A stretch of 42,568 nucleotides of DNA from Candidatus Magasanikiibacteriota bacterium (GCA_036172155.1 JAVHSM010000033.1:1-42568); one strand, 5' to 3'; positions 8,210 through 16,439 are shown, numbered from the stretch's first letter. Translations and numbers: made by a program. The notes: a model not told the origin generated them from the letters alone.

Positions 8210-9109
8210 TTAAAATTTTGTTAAAAGTTCTTCGATCGCCAAGCGCGGATTTACATTACCGGTCAATAAATTTTTGGTATTTTTTATATTATCAATCATC
8301 ATCTGATATTTTTTACCAATATTTTTATCCGTCAACATCTTTTGGCGTGCCAACATCACCCATAAATCCAAGATCGGATCAAGTTTTTCTTTGGTTTTTA
8401 CTACATTACCTTTTTCACTCAAAACATCTTCCATCATTTGCCAGCGTCTAAATATTGGCGCATTCAAAATTTCCAACCACCGTTTTTTTTCTTGTTCACA
8501 ATCTTTTAAAAGATCGGCGTTTTCCAATAGTTCTTTGGCCTTGCCCGGACGCCCCCATGACCATTCCACAATTTCTTTTATTTTATTTTTATCACTGGAC
8601 AAACTTTCCAAAAAACTTTCCACCACCGTCTCTGCGACCGGCGCAAATTGAAACAACTGACAGCGTGATCGAATAGTCGGTAACAATTGCCCATCATTTT
8701 CCGTTAATAAAAAAATTATACTTTTTTGCGGTGGTTCTTCCAAAATTTTCAAAAGAGCATTGCCGGATTCTTCGTTGAGCAGTTCAGCTTCATCGATAAT
8801 CGCCACCTTATAACCATTTAGCCATGAACGATTTTGCATTTTCTCGCGCAATTCACGCGCTTGCTCCACCGAAATTTCCTTTTTCTTTTTATCGGTTTTT
8901 TCATCAACCCCACGACACAAATAATAATAATCAGGATTCGTAGGTAATTTTTCCACCGGCACATTCAATATCTCCGCAGCCAATAAATTGGCCAAAGTGC
9001 GTTTACCGATCTGGCTAGTCCCGACAAAACAATAGGCGTGCCCTAACTGACCATTTTTTATGGCTAATTTAAAAAATGATAAGATGTGCGGTTGGCCAAC
9101 AAATTGCAT
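8210..9109 (-). CDS. holB: DNA polymerase III delta' subunit
   Basis: Contains GHAYCFVGTSQIGKRTLA (P-loop-like), IIDEAELLNEESGNALLKILEEPP and TIRSRCQ. The track start at 9154 is TTG, so I prefer the ATG at 9109 (MQFVGQPHI). Confidence 0.85.
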   Translation of the reverse strand: MQFVGQPHILSFFKLAIKNGQLGHAYCFVGTSQIGKRTLANLLAAEILNVPVEKLPTNPDYYYLCRGVDEKTDKKKKEISVEQARELREKMQNRSWLNGYKVAIIDEAELLNEESGNALLKILEEPPQKSIIFLLTENDGQLLPTIRSRCQLFQFAPVAETVVESFLESLSSDKNKIKEIVEWSWGRPGKAKELLENADLLKDCEQEKKRWLEILNAPIFRRWQMMEDVLSEKGNVVKTKEKLDPILDLWVMLARQKMLTDKNIGKKYQMMIDNIKNTKNLLTGNVNPRLAIEELLTKF

Positions 9110-9162
9110 AAAGTTACAATTATCATAACAAAAAAAGACTGGTTTGGCAACCAACCAAAAAA

Positions 9163-9186
9163 ATATCCCCTTTTGTAAGGGGATAT
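9163..9186 (-). terminator. intrinsic terminator downstream of the 879-aa gene
   Basis: Perfect 10-bp hairpin ATATCCCCTT-TTGT-AAGGGGATAT. It is followed by a T-run on the minus strand and is also flanked by an A-run. Confidence 0.7.
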
Positions 9187-9224
9187 TAAAAATGTTATTT
9201 TTAAAATTGGAGACCAGGTTTCAA

Positions 9225-11864
9225 TCAATTATTTCTATCGGCGAACAAAGACAATCTTTGCATTAGTAAATTGCTAATATCCAAGACTGTCTTGGCGACT
9301 TCTCTTTGTGAATCATCGGCTTCACCACTGGCGATTACACTGTTAGCCTTAGATTGTATTTTCATTATCGTGCCAAGTTTTTTTTCATAATCTTTTGAGT
9401 TTTCGACATTTTCCACCATACCAGCTTTTTGAACTGCTTCTACCGCCCCGCCAGAAGCATATAACAAACGATCGTTCGTACCTAATTCTTCTGTTGTGTC
9501 GTTCTTTTTGTCCAAATTCGGCAATGTACTTAACAAATTATCTATTTTATATTGAACATCACCAACATTGGCCTCCAGATTTTTTGATCGGTTATCGACT
9601 GTACTCCCAGAAACTACTCTATTTTTATTAGCGGCAATTTTTAAATCCTGTTCGTTCCAATTGTCGTCGGCTAAAATTCTGTCGTGCAAACCATACGCTA
9701 TCGCTATCCATTCCTTTTCTTTTGGAATTGTCGCAGATTCAGCAATTAAGTCTAACGCCCTCTTGGCTTCTGCCAAAAGCTTTTTCTTTTTAGTATTTGG
9801 CATATTGGGAGATTCTGCAACTTGCTCTAATATAGAAATTGCACCATTACCATCTGCAAACAAAGATCTTCTTACACTGTTCTCATCTCCATTATCAGTT
9901 CGAAGATAAGAATTTTTTCTAGGCAACTGACCCAAAAGGGATTCCATTGTATATTTGGAATAATCATTAGCTGCAACCTTTGGTTGGCCTTTTTCAGGAG
10001 CAGGCGAAACAACAGCCTCTGGAGTAGCAGTAAAAGTTTCCACTCCCAGATCAACAGGCCTGTGTCCTTTTTTATGACTTGGTTTTTCGTGTGTTTGTCC
10101 ACCGCCACCACCAACTACCCCAAAACCTTCCGGCATCATTTTATCAGGACGACCAAAACCAGCCGGAACACCGGATGGAGTAAAGGCGTTTGGTAAAGCA
10201 TTCACTGCTACTCTGGTAAACGGAGTCATTGAGGCAGGTTTTGGAGATTCCGCCTTTTTACCAGGCAAACTCATTCCACTCATACCGCCGGATCTTTCTG
10301 GAGCGGTAGCGCCAGTTTTATTTGGTTCTGGACGTACTTGAGACATATCTGTCGATTCAATACCAAGTTTGACCAATGAAAACAAAGCTAAAAAACCAGC
10401 TATTTTGGCCAGATTTTTGGTATTTTCAGCTGATTTCTTTTGTTTCATCTCTCTTACCAAAGCGGCAAATTCCAATTTGGCTTTTTCGTTATTCTCTAAG
10501 AGTTGTGGATTTTCATTATAAAAATAGACCAAAGTGTCTGTAAAATTTTTGATATCATTACCGAGCCTGTCCAATTCTTCATCAACTTGATTTTTTTTAC
10601 CAAGTTCATACCAGCTCAATCCTTTTCTTATCGACATTTGCGTATCAAAAGATGATTTTGTCATTGCCAAATCATTTCTAATTTGTTCTATCTGAGCTTT
10701 TACCCCTTCTAAACCTGACATTTTATCCGCATCCGACACACCGGCTCTATTTTCTGTTCCTTCGACCACTTGAGGTCTAAAAGCCGACGCCTTTACCAAA
10801 TCTTCCGCCGGAATTGCCGCCAGCATTTCATCCGCCTCGGCAGTATCTAGCCACTCACGCGCTACTTGTTGAGATATTTCGTTATTTGACCCATATACTT
10901 CTTGGGTCAACAACGGTAAAATATCCACAAGACCTTCTGTGTTAGATAAAATATTTTGAATTTCAGCGTTTTTATCAGCGATCTTTTCTTGAAATTTAGT
11001 TACGAAAAAAGAATATTTATCACCTTTCACAAATCTCATCAAAAAATTCGATCTTTTGTTTTCATCTACAAATTTTTTTAAATCTAATTCAATTTTCAAA
11101 CGCTCTCCTAGTAAACTTTCCAACCTGCCAACTTTATTTTCTCTTGTTTTTTCATTGAGATCAATTCCTATTTCACCAGTGTCAGTATGGCTTTCCAACC
11201 ATTCATCAACACGCCTATCGGAATTATCTTCTAAGACCGCATTGTTTGATTCCACCAAAGCTAAATTTGTAAACGGTTCTTCGTCTGAGACATCAACTAA
11301 AGATCCTGCTGGTAATAAATCTTCTTCGGCTTGCTCTCCTTCTCCACCCTCAAACGCTCTTAGACGCGCCCCCGCTTCACTTGTAGCTGGTGCCTGAAGA
11401 CCGGCTTCTGCAATTTTGCCTCGACTAATATGTTCTTTTCCAACTATTCCACGAAGTGTCTTTACTTGCTGTGCCTCGTATTGCGCGATAGCAATATTCA
11501 CCACATTAAACATATGGTCAGCGCCTTGTTGAACTTTTTTCTCAGAAGCAACACCTCTAGTTTCAGTCACAAAATCACTAACCGCCTCCTGAGTGCTCGG
11601 TAAAGCTAAAACATAATTTCTAGTAGATTCGTCTAAAACTCTCAGACTTTTAGCTAATGCCGCAATTTGCTTATATTGTGGAGAATCTTTTTTTAAATGC
11701 AAGACAGCATCACCGGAAAATTCTTGAAACATTCCAAACAGACCACCTTCGCTACGCTGGCGATCTGTTTTAGCTGCATCTCTGGCAGTTCCCAAGTCTC
11801 GTTGATTGTTATCTGAAACTGGGTGAAAATTGCCGACACCTCTTCTAAGGTTTGTTTTGGACAT
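9225..11864 (-). CDS. large orphan protein with one central TM segment and coiled-coil/low-complexity regions
   Basis: 879-aa intact ORF with an ATG start. There is a single hydrophobic helix (IAGFLALFSLVKLGI) near residue 490, followed by a P/G/S-rich linker (GFGVVGGGGGQTHEKPSHKKGH). I recognise no enzyme motif. Confidence 0.7.
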   Translation of the reverse strand: MSKTNLRRGVGNFHPVSDNNQRDLGTARDAAKTDRQRSEGGLFGMFQEFSGDAVLHLKKDSPQYKQIAALAKSLRVLDESTRNYVLALPSTQEAVSDFVTETRGVASEKKVQQGADHMFNVVNIAIAQYEAQQVKTLRGIVGKEHISRGKIAEAGLQAPATSEAGARLRAFEGGEGEQAEEDLLPAGSLVDVSDEEPFTNLALVESNNAVLEDNSDRRVDEWLESHTDTGEIGIDLNEKTRENKVGRLESLLGERLKIELDLKKFVDENKRSNFLMRFVKGDKYSFFVTKFQEKIADKNAEIQNILSNTEGLVDILPLLTQEVYGSNNEISQQVAREWLDTAEADEMLAAIPAEDLVKASAFRPQVVEGTENRAGVSDADKMSGLEGVKAQIEQIRNDLAMTKSSFDTQMSIRKGLSWYELGKKNQVDEELDRLGNDIKNFTDTLVYFYNENPQLLENNEKAKLEFAALVREMKQKKSAENTKNLAKIAGFLALFSLVKLGIESTDMSQVRPEPNKTGATAPERSGGMSGMSLPGKKAESPKPASMTPFTRVAVNALPNAFTPSGVPAGFGRPDKMMPEGFGVVGGGGGQTHEKPSHKKGHRPVDLGVETFTATPEAVVSPAPEKGQPKVAANDYSKYTMESLLGQLPRKNSYLRTDNGDENSVRRSLFADGNGAISILEQVAESPNMPNTKKKKLLAEAKRALDLIAESATIPKEKEWIAIAYGLHDRILADDNWNEQDLKIAANKNRVVSGSTVDNRSKNLEANVGDVQYKIDNLLSTLPNLDKKNDTTEELGTNDRLLYASGGAVEAVQKAGMVENVENSKDYEKKLGTIMKIQSKANSVIASGEADDSQREVAKTVLDISNLLMQRLSLFADRNN

Positions 11865-11943
11865 AAAATTTTATTTATAAATTGATTACTTTTTTTAGTG
11901 TATCATATTTTTAAAAAATCGTCAAAGTTTTGCACAGACGGTA

Positions 11944-11974
11944 TTGACAATTTTTATAAACATGCTAGTATAAA
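11944..11974 (+). promoter_or_regulatory. putative sigma70-type promoter for the GC-rich locus
   Basis: TTGACA at 11944-11949. It is followed by TAGTAT (16-nt spacer) or TATAAA (19-nt spacer), in an AT-rich divergent intergenic region. Confidence 0.4.
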
Positions 11975-12016
11975 ATGTTTTGGCAACAGCCGCGTAGTGC
12001 GGCAAAGGAGACACCG

Positions 12017-12343
12017 ATGGTGAGCATGGCTGGTTTGGCCTTCGTTCACCATGGGGTGACGAGCCATTACGAGGCGCAACAATACAGGAATGCTCGAAAT
12101 TTTTTCGAGCAACAAGGCGGCACGCAGTTCCTTGAGGACTGCGAACAAATAGCCGCCAACAACGAATTGGCTAGGCTATTTCTAGCCAATCTGTGGTACT
12201 TCTATGGACAGCTCTTCAATTCCGTTACTGCAATCAAAAAGGCAGATAAGGAGTGGTCACAGCTGGAAATGGAAGAAACCGCAGTCGGCCAGTGGGCGGC
12301 CATCATGCGTGCAGAAGCACGCGTTAGCGACCGTGTCGCCTAA
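12017..12343 (+). CDS. small GC-rich hypothetical protein (108 aa), or alternatively part of a structured RNA
   Basis: ATG at 12017 is preceded by AAGGAGA with a 5-nt spacer. The frame is open for 108 codons, and the predicted helical protein (…NELARLFLANLWYFYGQLFNSVTAIKK…) has no motif I recognise. My hand count of the first 60 nt gives 35 G+C, well above the flanks. The sequence contains several perfect hairpins, so coding status is uncertain. Confidence 0.45.
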   Translation: MVSMAGLAFVHHGVTSHYEAQQYRNARNFFEQQGGTQFLEDCEQIAANNELARLFLANLWYFYGQLFNSVTAIKKADKEWSQLEMEETAVGQWAAIMRAEARVSDRVA

Positions 12344-12474
12344 CAAGTAGCGTGGGTCGGATTCAATCCGATACCACACTCAATTCATCAGGAGGTGAAC
12401 AAGCGCCGGAGGTTCTTGGCGCTTCCCAGCACCTCCCTCCCAATAAATTCAAGAGAGAACTGAATTTATCAGGT
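12344..12474 (+). other. hairpin-dense 3' region of the GC-rich locus
   Basis: Contains TCGGA-TTCAA-TCCGA (12357-12371). There is a nested pair: GGAGGTG (12391-12397)/CACCTCC (12430-12436) enclosing AAGCGCC (12401-12407)/GGCGCTT (12418-12424). There is also ATAAATTCA (12443-12451)/TGAATTTAT (12461-12469). Confidence 0.5.
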
Positions 12475-12507
12475 AAAAAAATCCCCGACACAATCGAGGA
12501 TTTTTTT
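12475..12507. terminator. bidirectional intrinsic terminator
   Basis: AAAAAAATCC (12475-12484) pairs with GGATTTTTTT (12498-12507). A/T runs on both sides sit between the convergent 12017..12343 (+) and GT4 (-) genes. Confidence 0.7.
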
Positions 12508-13741
12508 ATTGTTTTATTGTTTCCCAAGTTAGACGCGCCGTTTCATCCCAAGAATATTTTTTTACCTGTTCCAATCCCAAACTAATTTTATTTTTTCGAT
12601 ATTCACCATCATTGATCAATTCAAATATTTTTAAACCAATATCATTGATGTCAAATGGATTAACATATTCGACTGCTCCTCCCCCCACCTCGTCCAACGC
12701 GCTACCTTTACTCGCAACCACTGGCACCCCCACGGCCATTGCCTCCAAAACCGGAATACCAAAACCTTCATACAAAGAAGGAAACACAAACACTTGTGCA
12801 TTTTTCAAAATATTCACCAGATCATCTGAACTCACAAACCCAGGTAAAATAATATCTTTTTTAAATATACTTTGCTCAATTGTCTGCTTCACCTTTTCAT
12901 AACCAGCCCCCGGTTTTCCTACCAAGATCAATTTCAAATCCGGCATTTGTTTTTTTACAATCTCAAAGGCCTGTACAATTCTTGCGGTATTCTTTTTTTC
13001 TTCCAAACGACCAATAGATAAAATATATTGACCATAAATACAAGAAATTCCTCGGCTCCTTTCAGTCGCTCGGAATGACAGTTGGCTGATGGGTTTTTCT
13101 AAATTAAATTTTTTGGTATCATAGGCTAACGGGATGACTTTTATTTTACTGACAAGGGATTGCTTCACCTTCGGCTCGCAATTACAGTCACCGACTGGAT
13201 TCCCGCTGGAGTTTATCCTCGCGGAGCGGGGGTGGGAACGACACTGACAATCAGCGTGAATTACATTATGACAGTAATATTTTAATAATTCTTTTTTATT
13301 AAATTCAGTGGAAGTCAAAATCAGTTTGGCTTTTTTGACGACCAAACGATTCATCCATTTCAAATACTGACAACCAAAAAATCTGTATACGGAAGGATAG
13401 GCTTCAAAAGCGCTATCATGCACCATCACCACCGAATTTTTTGGCGCAAAAAATGGCAATAGTTGCCCCGGTGAAAAATAAACATCCGGCGGATTGCGCC
13501 ACAATTCATACGCCAACCGAAATTGGCTCCACATTTTTTTAAAAGGCCAAACCAAAATTTTCACTTCCCAATTATTTGGCAATTGCGCCAATTCCGGTAT
13601 TAAAACATTATTGGAATACAAAACAACCCTCGTATCTGAAGGTATTTTTTTTTTTAATTCCTGAATAATCTGAAAACAATACTCCTCCACCCCGGTACGG
13701 TGAATTTTGTTGGCGTGCGTTGCATCAATACCGACTAACAT
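12506..13741 (-). CDS. GT4-family (GT-B fold) glycosyltransferase carrying in-frame repeat insertions
   Basis: 411 aa. The C-terminal domain has SIGRLEEKKN, FVFPSLYEGFGIPVLEAMAVGVPVV and typical EX7E-type spacing. The frame stays intact despite two repeat-derived segments. Confidence 0.85.
   Translation of the reverse strand: MLVGIDATHANKIHRTGVEEYCFQIIQELKKKIPSDTRVVLYSNNVLIPELAQLPNNWEVKILVWPFKKMWSQFRLAYELWRNPPDVYFSPGQLLPFFAPKNSVVMVHDSAFEAYPSVYRFFGCQYLKWMNRLVVKKAKLILTSTEFNKKELLKYYCHNVIHADCQCRSHPRSARINSSGNPVGDCNCEPKVKQSLVSKIKVIPLAYDTKKFNLEKPISQLSFRATERSRGISCIYGQYILSIGRLEEKKNTARIVQAFEIVKKQMPDLKLILVGKPGAGYEKVKQTIEQSIFKKDIILPGFVSSDDLVNILKNAQVFVFPSLYEGFGIPVLEAMAVGVPVVASKGSALDEVGGGAVEYVNPFDINDIGLKIFELINDGEYRKNKISLGLEQVKKYSWDETARLTWETIKQ
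13047..13079 (-). repeat. short palindromic repeat (GTCATTCCGAGCG...CGAGGAAT family) in frame inside the GT4 gene
   Basis: The reverse complement GTCATTCCGAGCGACTGAAAGGAGCCGAGGAAT is almost identical to the intergenic copy at 26307-26340. It is translated as LSFRATERSRGIS. Confidence 0.8.
13168..13250 (-). repeat. composite palindromic repeat insertion in frame inside the GT4 gene
   Basis: In gene sense it reads ...CTGTCGTTCCCACCCCCGCTCCGCGAGGATAAACTCCAGCGGGAATCCAG plus TCGGTGACTGTAATTGCGAGCCGAAGG. It is translated as HADCQCRSHPRSARINSSGNPVGDCNCEPKV, in the linker between the two Rossmann-like halves. Confidence 0.7.
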
Positions 13742-13770
13742 AATAAAATATTATTGATGATTAAATTAAG

Positions 13771-13804
13771 GGATCCTTCTGTGCCTTTGGCGGATCAGGA
13801 TGAC
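13771..13804. repeat. degenerate member of the palindromic repeat family
   Basis: GGATCCTTCTGTGCCTTTGGCGGATCAGGATGAC has GGATC...GGATGAC termini like the GGAATC/GGAATGAC ends of the other copies. Confidence 0.45.
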
Positions 13805-13837
13805 ATTTGGCGACAGTGCCGTGCCTTAAAATATATT

Positions 13838-13978
13838 CAGAAGACAAACGATTAAACATATGTATTTTGAAACCGCCACGGAACTTTTGCCTCGCGGCAA
13901 AAGTGAGTGAGAGTGCGATTTTGTTACAACAAAATCGACACATGTTTCAAAATATATATGTTTAATCGTTTGTCTGAA
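13838..13978. repeat. MITE-like element with ~35-bp imperfect terminal inverted repeats enclosing two internal hairpins
   Basis: The left arm CAGAAGACAAACGATTAAACATATGTATTTTGAAAC (13838-13873) matches the reverse complement of the right arm GTTTCAAAATATATATGTTTAATCGTTTGTCTGAA (13944-13978). Internal hairpins are TTTTGCC-TCGC-GGCAAAA and CGATTTTGTT-ACA-ACAAAATCG. Confidence 0.65.
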
Positions 13979-13993
13979 AAAAACAAAAAAATA

Positions 13994-15001
13994 TTATTTT
14001 GTCGCCAAAATACTGCGTTTATAGCTATCCAAATTCTCCAACGCAATCCCCGTCCCTTTGGCCACACACAACAAAGGCTCGTCGGCCAAATAAGTCGGCA
14101 CCCCAGTCGCCTGTGCCACCAATTCATCCAAATTACGCAACAGCGAAGATCCGCCCGACATAATAATACCTTTATCCATCACATCAGCCGATAATTCTGG
14201 TGGAGTATTATAAAGTACATCTTTGATAGCATCAATCAATTTACTCAATTCGTGTTGCAACGCTTCGGTAGTGTCATCAGAAGTGACTGTAATAATACGC
14301 GGCAAACCATTCACCATATCACGCCCTTTCACTTCCATAGTGAGAGGCTTATCCATAAACATCGCCGACCCAACTCCGATTTTGACATCTTCAGCCGTGC
14401 GTTCACCAATCGCCATATTATATTTCTGACGAATATGATCCATAATAGCCCGATCAAACTTCATACCACCCACGCGCGCCGAACCGCTCGAAACAATTCC
14501 ACCCAGCGAAATCACAGCGATCTCAGCCGTACCACCCCCGATATCAATAATCATATGTCCTGAAGCCGCGCCAATTGGAATATCCGCGCCAATCGCCGCT
14601 ACTATCGGTTCTTTGATAATATAAGCCGCGCGAGCGCCAGCGGCAATAGTCGCATCTATTACTGCGCGTCTTTCAGTCGAGGTGATACCGGCTGGAACAG
14701 CTACCATCACTTCCGGTCGAAACAAGCGTGCTCCACCCAAAGCTTTATTGATAAAATATCGCAACATCGCTTCGGTGATTTGATAATTGGCAATCACACC
14801 ATCTTTGAGCGGACGCTCGGCGACAATAGTATCGGGTGTGCGCCCCAACATATCTTTGGCTTCCAAACCAACCGCCAAAACTTTGCCGTCAATTTTCGAG
14901 ATCGCCACCACACTAGGTTCATTCAAAATGATGCCTTTTTTGGGTACATACACCAACACATTTGTTGTTCCCAGATCAATGCCAATTTTCTTTATAAACA
15001 T
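13994..15001 (-). CDS. mreB: rod shape-determining protein MreB
   Basis: 335 aa with GIDLGTTN, IDIGGGTAEIAVISLGG and MSGGSSLLRNLDE actin-fold motifs. Confidence 0.95.
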   Translation of the reverse strand: MFIKKIGIDLGTTNVLVYVPKKGIILNEPSVVAISKIDGKVLAVGLEAKDMLGRTPDTIVAERPLKDGVIANYQITEAMLRYFINKALGGARLFRPEVMVAVPAGITSTERRAVIDATIAAGARAAYIIKEPIVAAIGADIPIGAASGHMIIDIGGGTAEIAVISLGGIVSSGSARVGGMKFDRAIMDHIRQKYNMAIGERTAEDVKIGVGSAMFMDKPLTMEVKGRDMVNGLPRIITVTSDDTTEALQHELSKLIDAIKDVLYNTPPELSADVMDKGIIMSGGSSLLRNLDELVAQATGVPTYLADEPLLCVAKGTGIALENLDSYKRSILATK

Positions 15002-15002
15002 A

Positions 15003-16439
15003 TTAATTCGTCAACTTTACATTAAATTCCTTATCTTCCTTCAAATCGGTCGTCACATCATACCGGCTGTCACCATACTTATCCGGACTTTCTCCGGGGT
15101 TTGCCGACACTATTTTTTTACCAAAATCCAAGCCCAAAGTCAATGCAGTATCGTTGGTACCTATTTGTTTTTGAATTGTCAATTCATATAATCCATTTTT
15201 TATTTGACCGACAATATTTTCCGGTAAATAATACGAAAAACTCAGCTCGCCGGTATGTCCAGGTTCGATAGCAATAAAGGTACCAAACCACTGCCGGCCA
15301 TTTTCCACACCCTGATCAACCGACCCTGGTTTGGTTGATTTTTCCATATCCATTGCGCCGGTCACACCTATCAGTTTACTACCCAACGGAACAAACACAC
15401 GTGCGTAGTCGCGATAGCGAGAAGTGCGCCAATCAAACTTGCCTTTGTGTGTAAATTTCATTTTGGCGGTGGCAATAAATTTGTCTGTTCCAGTGGCGAC
15501 AATACTGTAATCCAATTGACGAGTAATAACCACATCAGTTTTCAAAGCTCCCAAATTTGCATCTGCCCACAATAGATAGTCACCGGTATTTGAAAGCATT
15601 TTTCCCGCCCAATCTTTTTTGACAAATATTTCTTGCTCGCTATTATCCTGTGCGTACATCGCAATCTGTTTTTCTTTTAACATTTCTTGTAATAAATCAT
15701 AATACGCGTGCCAGTTTTTAAAGATATCAAAACGCATATCGGTCACCAGACCATATGCCAAATCACGCAACATATTTTTTCTTTGAGCAAATTCCAAACC
15801 GTGCTGGGCGTATCCATACTCTACTTCATACTCTAACTTTTCGGTAAAGTTTTGCGCGTTAAATTCTTGTTTGTTAATAGTGATAGGACCGTGAATTTTC
15901 AAAATTTGTTCGATCACTGTCGGAGTGAACCCAACTACTGCGTCGATTTTATCGACATTATCCGCTCCGCCTTGTTTCAAAAATAATTCAATGGACTTTT
16001 GCGCCGACAAAGAAAAATCCGGCGACCAGTTGCTATCGCGGAAATACCAGCGTGACACTTTCAAATATTTTGCAAGTGGCAAAGGTGGAATCGAATCAAA
16101 ATTTTTCTTACCGGTATTATCCAAGATTTCAGTCCCTTCCACTTTTAACATCTTGGGTGTACCCTTGTCCATTTGCACTAACGCATAGGCGCCGATAAAA
16201 CCACCGCCGGGACGCATTTCAGTATTGTTTAAAAACAAAATTAAATAAGTGCGCGGTTTATCAAAACCAAAAATGGTTTGCAATAAATTTTTTTCATCCG
16301 AATTGTTTAATACTCGATTGGAAACTTCCGTCACTACTGTTTTTTGTAAATTTCCCGAACGCCAAGACCAATAGCCAAAAACAGCCAGCCCCGCCAGACC
16401 GACTAATATTACGATTAAAATTATTTTCAACATCTTCAT
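15003..16439 (-). CDS. DUF4012-like membrane-anchored envelope protein
   Basis: 478 aa with an N-terminal TM segment. The LNNTEMRPGGGFIGAYALV motif is as I remember for DUF4012 proteins. Translationally coupled to the upstream GT2 gene (ATGA overlap). Confidence 0.5.
   Translation of the reverse strand: MKMLKIILIVILVGLAGLAVFGYWSWRSGNLQKTVVTEVSNRVLNNSDEKNLLQTIFGFDKPRTYLILFLNNTEMRPGGGFIGAYALVQMDKGTPKMLKVEGTEILDNTGKKNFDSIPPLPLAKYLKVSRWYFRDSNWSPDFSLSAQKSIELFLKQGGADNVDKIDAVVGFTPTVIEQILKIHGPITINKQEFNAQNFTEKLEYEVEYGYAQHGLEFAQRKNMLRDLAYGLVTDMRFDIFKNWHAYYDLLQEMLKEKQIAMYAQDNSEQEIFVKKDWAGKMLSNTGDYLLWADANLGALKTDVVITRQLDYSIVATGTDKFIATAKMKFTHKGKFDWRTSRYRDYARVFVPLGSKLIGVTGAMDMEKSTKPGSVDQGVENGRQWFGTFIAIEPGHTGELSFSYYLPENIVGQIKNGLYELTIQKQIGTNDTALTLGLDFGKKIVSANPGESPDKYGDSRYDVTTDLKEDKEFNVKLTN

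Noticed and set aside
11944-12507. The GC-rich locus as tmRNA, RNase P RNA, SRP RNA, a group II intron, or a DGR Avd/template region.
   Set aside because: There is no tRNA-like acceptor/T-arm pair with CCA. The GAGGAAAGUCC-type RNase P motifs are absent, as are the SRP domain IV motif and a group II domain V. No reverse transcriptase gene is present in the window, and I saw no TR/VR-type repeat pair. The AANNELA-like stretch is not followed by a nearby stop as a tmRNA tag would be.
12352-12585. 77-aa plus-strand ORF.
   Set aside because: It runs through the nested hairpins and the bidirectional terminator and into the 3' end of the GT4 gene on the opposite strand. There is no ribosome-binding site.
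13761-14194. Three overlapping short ORFs (13761..13943 -, 13907..14194 +, 13924..14127 -).
   Set aside because: They are generated by the inverted-repeat or MITE-like element and by the antisense strand of mreB. They are mutually overlapping and repeat-derived.
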